The notes beneath the pieces were generated by a model. That model was not told the DNA's origin. It did not search any database and saw only the letters and a program-made list of their open reading frames with translations. Shown piece by piece: positions 55,801-60,433 of a DNA stretch of 60,433 nt. Position numbers and translations under genes: made by a program. Source of the stretch: Prasinococcaceae sp. CCMP 1430. Its lineage: Eukaryota > Plantae > Prasinodermophyta. The stretch spans positions 37,214-97,646 of the forward strand of contig RQSC01000003.1 in NCBI GenBank assembly GCA_013416795.1, in the 5' to 3' direction. The stretch's first letter is position 1. Each line of letters begins with the position of its first letter.

Positions 55801-58800
55801 GATTGTCGTGGCAGCGTCACTCGCAGGGCATTGCAGGGCCACCACTGCGGCGCATGTCGATGTCGTCGCAATATCTGCGCAAAAATTCGGAGGGGGACTC
55901 GGCGGTGGTTGTGGCGGTGGTGGCGCCGGAGGATTCGGAGGCGGGCTTGGCGGGGCGCTCGGCGGAGGCGGGCTCTGTATAACACACATGCCAAGCGATG
56001 GGAAGTTGTACTGGCACGAAGCCTCGCAGTACGTCGTAGTCGCAACGTCACCAGCAGGACAACCATCGCTCACAACCGCAGCACACACAGCTGCGCTCAC
56101 AGTGTCCACACAAAAGTTCGGCGGAGGGAAGGGCGGAGGGCTCGGGGGAGGCGGGCTCGGCGGCGGGCTCGGAGGAGGCGACGGCGGAGGGCTCGGCGGC
56201 GGAGGGCTCGGCGGCGGTGGCGGCGGAGGGCTCGGCGGAGGACTCGGCGGAGGGCTCGGCGGAGGGCTCGGCGGAGGACTCGGCGGCGGAGGGCTCGGCG
56301 GGGGAGGGCTCGGCGGAGGGCTCGGCGGCGGTGACGGCGGAGGGCTCGGCGGCGGAGACGGGGGAGGGCTCGGAGGAGGACTCGGAGGGGGAGGCGGAGG
56401 CGGGCTCGGCGGAGGGCTCGGCGGAGGCGGCGGGCTCGACAAGTCGCACAGAGCGAGCGACGGGAAGTTGTACATGCAAGTGGCCTGGCACAACACAGTC
56501 GTCGACGTCGAACTCGCCGGGCAACCGTCGCTCACAACCTGCGCGCACGTGCTCGCTGACGCCACGTCCACGCACGTGCCGGGCGGTGGCGGCGGCGGGC
56601 TCGGTGGGGAGCCCGGCGGAGGCGGGCTCGGCACGACGCACATGCCGAGCGACGGGAAGTTGTACTGGCATGAAGCCTCGCAGTACGTCGTCGTCGCCGT
56701 GTCGCCCGCCGGACAACCAGACGAAACCACTGCCGCGCACGCCGACGGGGACGCAATGTCCACGCAAAAGTTAGGCGGAGGGAACGGCGGAGGGCTCGGG
56801 GGAGGCGGGCTCGGCGGAGGGCTCGGAGGAGGCGACGGAGGCGGGCTCGGCGGCGGAGGGCTCGGCGGCGGTGGCGGCGGAGGGCTCGGCGGAGGACTCG
56901 GCGGAGGACTCGGCGGAGGGCTCGGCGGAGGACTCGGCGGGGGAGGACTCGGCGGGGGAGGACTCGGCGGAGGGCTTGGAGGAGGCAACGGCGGAGGGCT
57001 CGGCGGGGGAGGACTGGGCGGGGGAGGACTCGGCGGTGGGCTCGGAGGAGGCGACGGCGGAGGGCTCGGAGGGGGTGGGCTTGGTGGGGGCGGACTCGGA
57101 GGTGGGCTCGGGGGCGGGGGGCTTGGTGGTTGACTCGGCGGTGGGGAAGGAGGCGGGCTTGGTGGTGGTGATGGAGGCGGGCTTGGTGGTGCCGATGGTG
57201 GTGGGCTCGGGCTCGGTGGTGGTGGCGGAGATGGCAGTGCGCAAAGGTCCAAGCTTGGATAATTGTACTGACAGGTAGCGGGGCACATCACTGTGGTTGA
57301 GACGTCGTTGGCCGGGCAGCCGTCGCCCACCACCGACGCGCACGTCGTTGCATCAGCAGTGTCGACGCATGCGATTGGAGGTGGGGGGGGCAGTGGGCTT
57401 GGAGGTGGCGGGCTCCGCACTATGCACAAGCCAAGCGTTGGGAAGTTGAAGTTGCAACTCGCCTGGCAGTAGTACGTAGTCGCAAGGTCCCCACTAGCGC
57501 ATCCGCTGCTCACAATGTGCGCGCATGCTGTGGCTGACGCAACATCGGTGCAGTATGTTGGCGGCGGGGACGGCGGCGGAGACGGAGGCGGAGGTGGGCT
57601 TGGAGGCGGGCTCGGCGGCGGGCTCGGCGGTGGACTCGGCGGAGGGTTTGGCGGAGGTGGCGGCGGCGGGCTCGGAGGCGGACTCGGAGGCGGACTCGGA
57701 GGCGGGGGCGGCGGCGGGCTCGGCGGAGGTGGACTCGGCGGAGGACTCGGGGGTGAACTCGGCGGAGGAGGACTAGGAGGCGGGCTCGGGGGTGGAGGGC
57801 TCGGAGGGGGGCTGGGAGGCGGAGGACTAGGCGGCGGAAGAGGCGGTGGCGGAGGCGGAGGGGGGCTCGGTGGAGGACTCGGCGGAGGAGGAGGCGGTGG
57901 CGGTGGCGGAGGGGGAGGCGAAGGAGGCGGGGAAGGTGGTGGCGGGCTCGGTGGAGGAGGGCTCGGCGGAGGACTCGGCGGAGGCGGGCTCGGAGGAGGG
58001 CTCGGCGGGGGAGGAGGGCTCGGCGGCGGAGGCGGACTCGGCGGAGGAGGACTCGGCGGCGGGCTTGGAGGGGGAGGTGGGCTCGGGGGAGCGCTTGGGG
58101 GGGGCGGCGGCTGTGGCGGAGGTGGCGGCGGTGGGCTCGGTGGTGGGCTCGGAGGCGGGGGACTCGGTGGAGGCGGGCTCGGCGGAGGAGGGCTCGGTGG
58201 AGGAGGGCTGGGAGGAGGGCTCGGCGGCGGCGGGCTCGNGGAGGAGGAGGGCTCGGAGGAGCGCTCGGAGGAGGAGGAGGCGGAGGAGGCGGCGGAGGCG
58301 GAGGGCTCGGCGGAGGACTCGGGGGAGGAGGGCTCGGCGGAGGCGGGCTCGGCGGAGGCGGACTCGCCGGAGGCGGGCTTGGCGGAGGTGGACTAGGCGG
58401 CGGAGGACTCGGCGGAGGGCTTGGCGGAGGTGGACTCGGCGGAGGGCTCGGCGGAGGCGGGCTCGGCGGTGGGCTCGGCGGAGGAGGAGGGCTCGGCGGC
58501 GGAGGCGGGCTCGGCGGAGGAGGACTCGGCGGAGGACTCGGGGGAGGAGGAGGGCTCGGAGGAGCGCTCGGAGGAGGAGGAGGCGGAGGAGGCGGCGGAG
58601 GCGGGGGACTCGGCGGAGGACTCGGAGGAGGAGGGCTCGGCGGAGGCGGGCTTGGCGGAGGTGGGCTCGGTGGAGGCGGACTCGGCGGAGGGCTCGGCGG
58701 AGGCGGGCTCGGCGGAGGACTCGGCGGAGGAGGGCTCGGTGGAGGCGGGCTCGGAGGAGCACTCGGAGGAGGAGGAGGCGGTGGTGGTGGCGGAGGTGGC

Positions 58801-59147
58801 GGAGGCGGTGGGCTCGGTGGTGGGCTCGGAGGCGGGGGACTCGGCGGAGGCGGGCTTGGCGGAGGAGGGCTCGGCGGAGGAGGGCTGGGAGGAGGGCTCG
58901 GCGGCGGCGGCGGTGGGGGAGGAGGCGGTGGAGGTGGCGATGGCGTGGAGAGCAGGTGCCTGCCAACCAAGTCTGCGTCGTCTACCCCCCCATCAGCCAC
59001 GATATGCGTCCTCCACACCAGTTCGCCGTGCCGGTACTCGTACCCACTTGTGAGAAGCGTTGCCGTCCGATTCGGCTCGTGTGGCACGCCTGCCTCGGCG
59101 GCGAGCGCGGCCGCCGCGGCGAACAGCACCACAAGAGTGCACCTCAT
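43858..59147 (-). CDS. Giant (~5,100 aa) type-I membrane extensin-like Pro-rich glycoprotein with >=22 six-Cys modules; frame break at N 58239, gap 50163-50918
   Basis: Signal peptide [19 protein letters not shown] (ATG 59147; alternative ATG 59396). (SPPP)n rods alternate with C-x8-C-x7-C-x10-C-x3-C-x9-C modules. SEA-like segments with RRL(L/S) motifs, a TM helix at ~44525-44600 followed by RKRK, and a cytosolic tail. Confidence 0.88.
45590..58945. repeat. Degenerate 12-bp coding minisatellite (gggctcggcggc) encoding Ser-Pro-Pro-Pro
   Basis: Hundreds of copies in blocks, separated by unique Cys modules and globular segments. Confidence 0.95.
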
Positions 59148-60433
59148 AGCGCGCCGCAGCGCTGTGCGGGTCTGAAGGAGCATGCCCCGTACATGGCGCG
59201 GGGTGCGTGTCCCACCAGGCTTCAGCACGCCTGCGACGCAGGTGGGCGCCACGGCGGCGGCGGTGCGAGCGCTGGCAGCAGAAGATGGCGCCGCCTCAGC
59301 CTCGTCCCCGGATCGTGCAATGTTTCGAGCTCCGGCAGCAGCGGTTGCGGCAGCGGCGCCAAATGGGGGAAGGCGGCGCATGTGTTGCCGGCACATGGCA
59401 ACGGCGGCGGCAGCGGCGAGAGCGCGACGGCGCGGCAGCGCGGTGCGGCCGCGCAGCGCGGCGCGGCGCGGCGCGGCGCGGCNNNNNNNNNNNNNNNNNN
59501 NNNNNNNNNNNNNNNNNNNNNNNNNNNNNNNNNNNNNNNNNNNNNNNNNNNNNNNNNNNNNNNNNNNNNNNNNNNNNNNNNNNNNNNNNNNNNNNNNNNN
59601 NNNNNNNNNNNNNNNNNNNNNNNNNNNNNNNNNNNNNNNNNNNNNNNNNNNNNNNNNNNNNNNNNNNNNNNNNNNNNNNNNNNNNNNNNNNNNNNNNNNN
59701 NNNNNNNNNNNNNNNNNNNNNNNNNNNNNNNNNNNNNNNNNNNNNNNNNNNNNNNNNNNNNNNNNNNNNNNNNNNNNNNNNNNNNNNNNNNNNNNNNNNN
59801 NNNNNNNNNNNNNNNNNNNNNNNNNNNNNNNNNNNNNNNNNNNNNNNNNNNNNNNNNGGGCACGGCCGGGCGCGCTGCGGGGCGCGCGGCGACGCCCCCG
59901 GTTTTCAGGCGCCTCGCCCTCCCTGGGGCGAGACCGTCGGGGGGGTGGAGAGCGGGAAAGAGAGACGGGGAAAGGGAGGGGGGTGGGGGGGGAGGGGGAA
60001 GGGGGGGGGCCAAGCTACGGCGCCGCGCTTGCGCGCGCGCGCTGTGGTGCACCCAGCCCTACCCGTCGCTCGCGCGCGCGCGACGAACTTGACTCGCGCT
60101 GCTGCCGAAATCGTCTTCCGCAAAAATGCTCGCGGTGTCTCCACGCACCTGCGGACGCGCCGAACGCGCGGATCCGCCGCCTCCGAAACCGGCGCGCGAA
60201 CCGGAAACATGAACGCGGCCGCCCCCCGCCGGTTCCGTTTCCGGTTCCGTCCCGCGCTCGCGCGATACCACGCGAACGCGCGCGTCAGCCGCGCGGCGCC
60301 CGCGCGCGCCCGTCCGTCGATTGCGCGTTTTGACCCCGCGGCCAATGCTTCGCGCGTTCGCGGATTCCATTTGGAGCGCGGATGGCTTTCGCGCGCGGCC
60401 GTGCCACGGCCGCCGCGGCGGCCGGCGCCGCAA

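Noticed and set aside
58230-58250. Two separate genes at 57510-59396 and 43858-57513
   Set aside because: The frame changes exactly at a single N (58239) inside the repeat, and the Pro frame is continuous on either side, so one gene is the better reading.
45500-59050. Long Gly-rich and Arg/Ala-rich ORFs on the + strand and in alternative frames
   Set aside because: They are antisense or frame shadows of the SPPP minisatellite. Only the minus-strand Pro/Cys frame has a signal peptide, modules and a TM helix.

Overview
GC-rich, gene-dense eukaryotic nuclear DNA with short GT-AG introns (GTGCG donors, CTGAC branch points). It is most consistent with a prasinophyte-grade green alga because it carries plastid-targeted PPD3 and BSD2 homologues; the taxon is an inference. 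The window is a draft scaffold with six N gaps, single Ns and homopolymer runs. About 20 genes can be supported: a cyclin, ATAD3, an NSUN/Trm4-like methyltransferase, a PKD2-like channel lacking its N-terminus, a large secreted IPT/TIG protein, ADA2, a long ankyrin-repeat protein, a DUF4864-like protein, a Q-rich ORF, a small algal domain gene, a NUMOD3 protein, an OSCA/TMEM63-like channel, an HDHD3-like hydrolase, a PAF-AH-like esterase, BSD2-like, PPD3, RlmE/FtsJ, Sec39/NBAS-like, a small ankyrin protein, taxilin-like, and a ~5,100-aa membrane-anchored Pro-rich glycoprotein. There is also an internally deleted pogo-type DNA transposon with TIRs and a TA target duplication. The most interesting items are: (1) the IPT/TIG protein, built from ~11 beta modules nested inside one another; (2) an ankyrin array that is near-identical in DNA but hypervariable at DARPin-like binding positions; (3) the giant extensin-like protein studded with at least 22 six-cysteine ShKT-like modules; (4) an atypical PKD2 with a large Cys-rich S3-S4 loop and an IQ motif. 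All family assignments come from motif recognition by eye, not from database searches.
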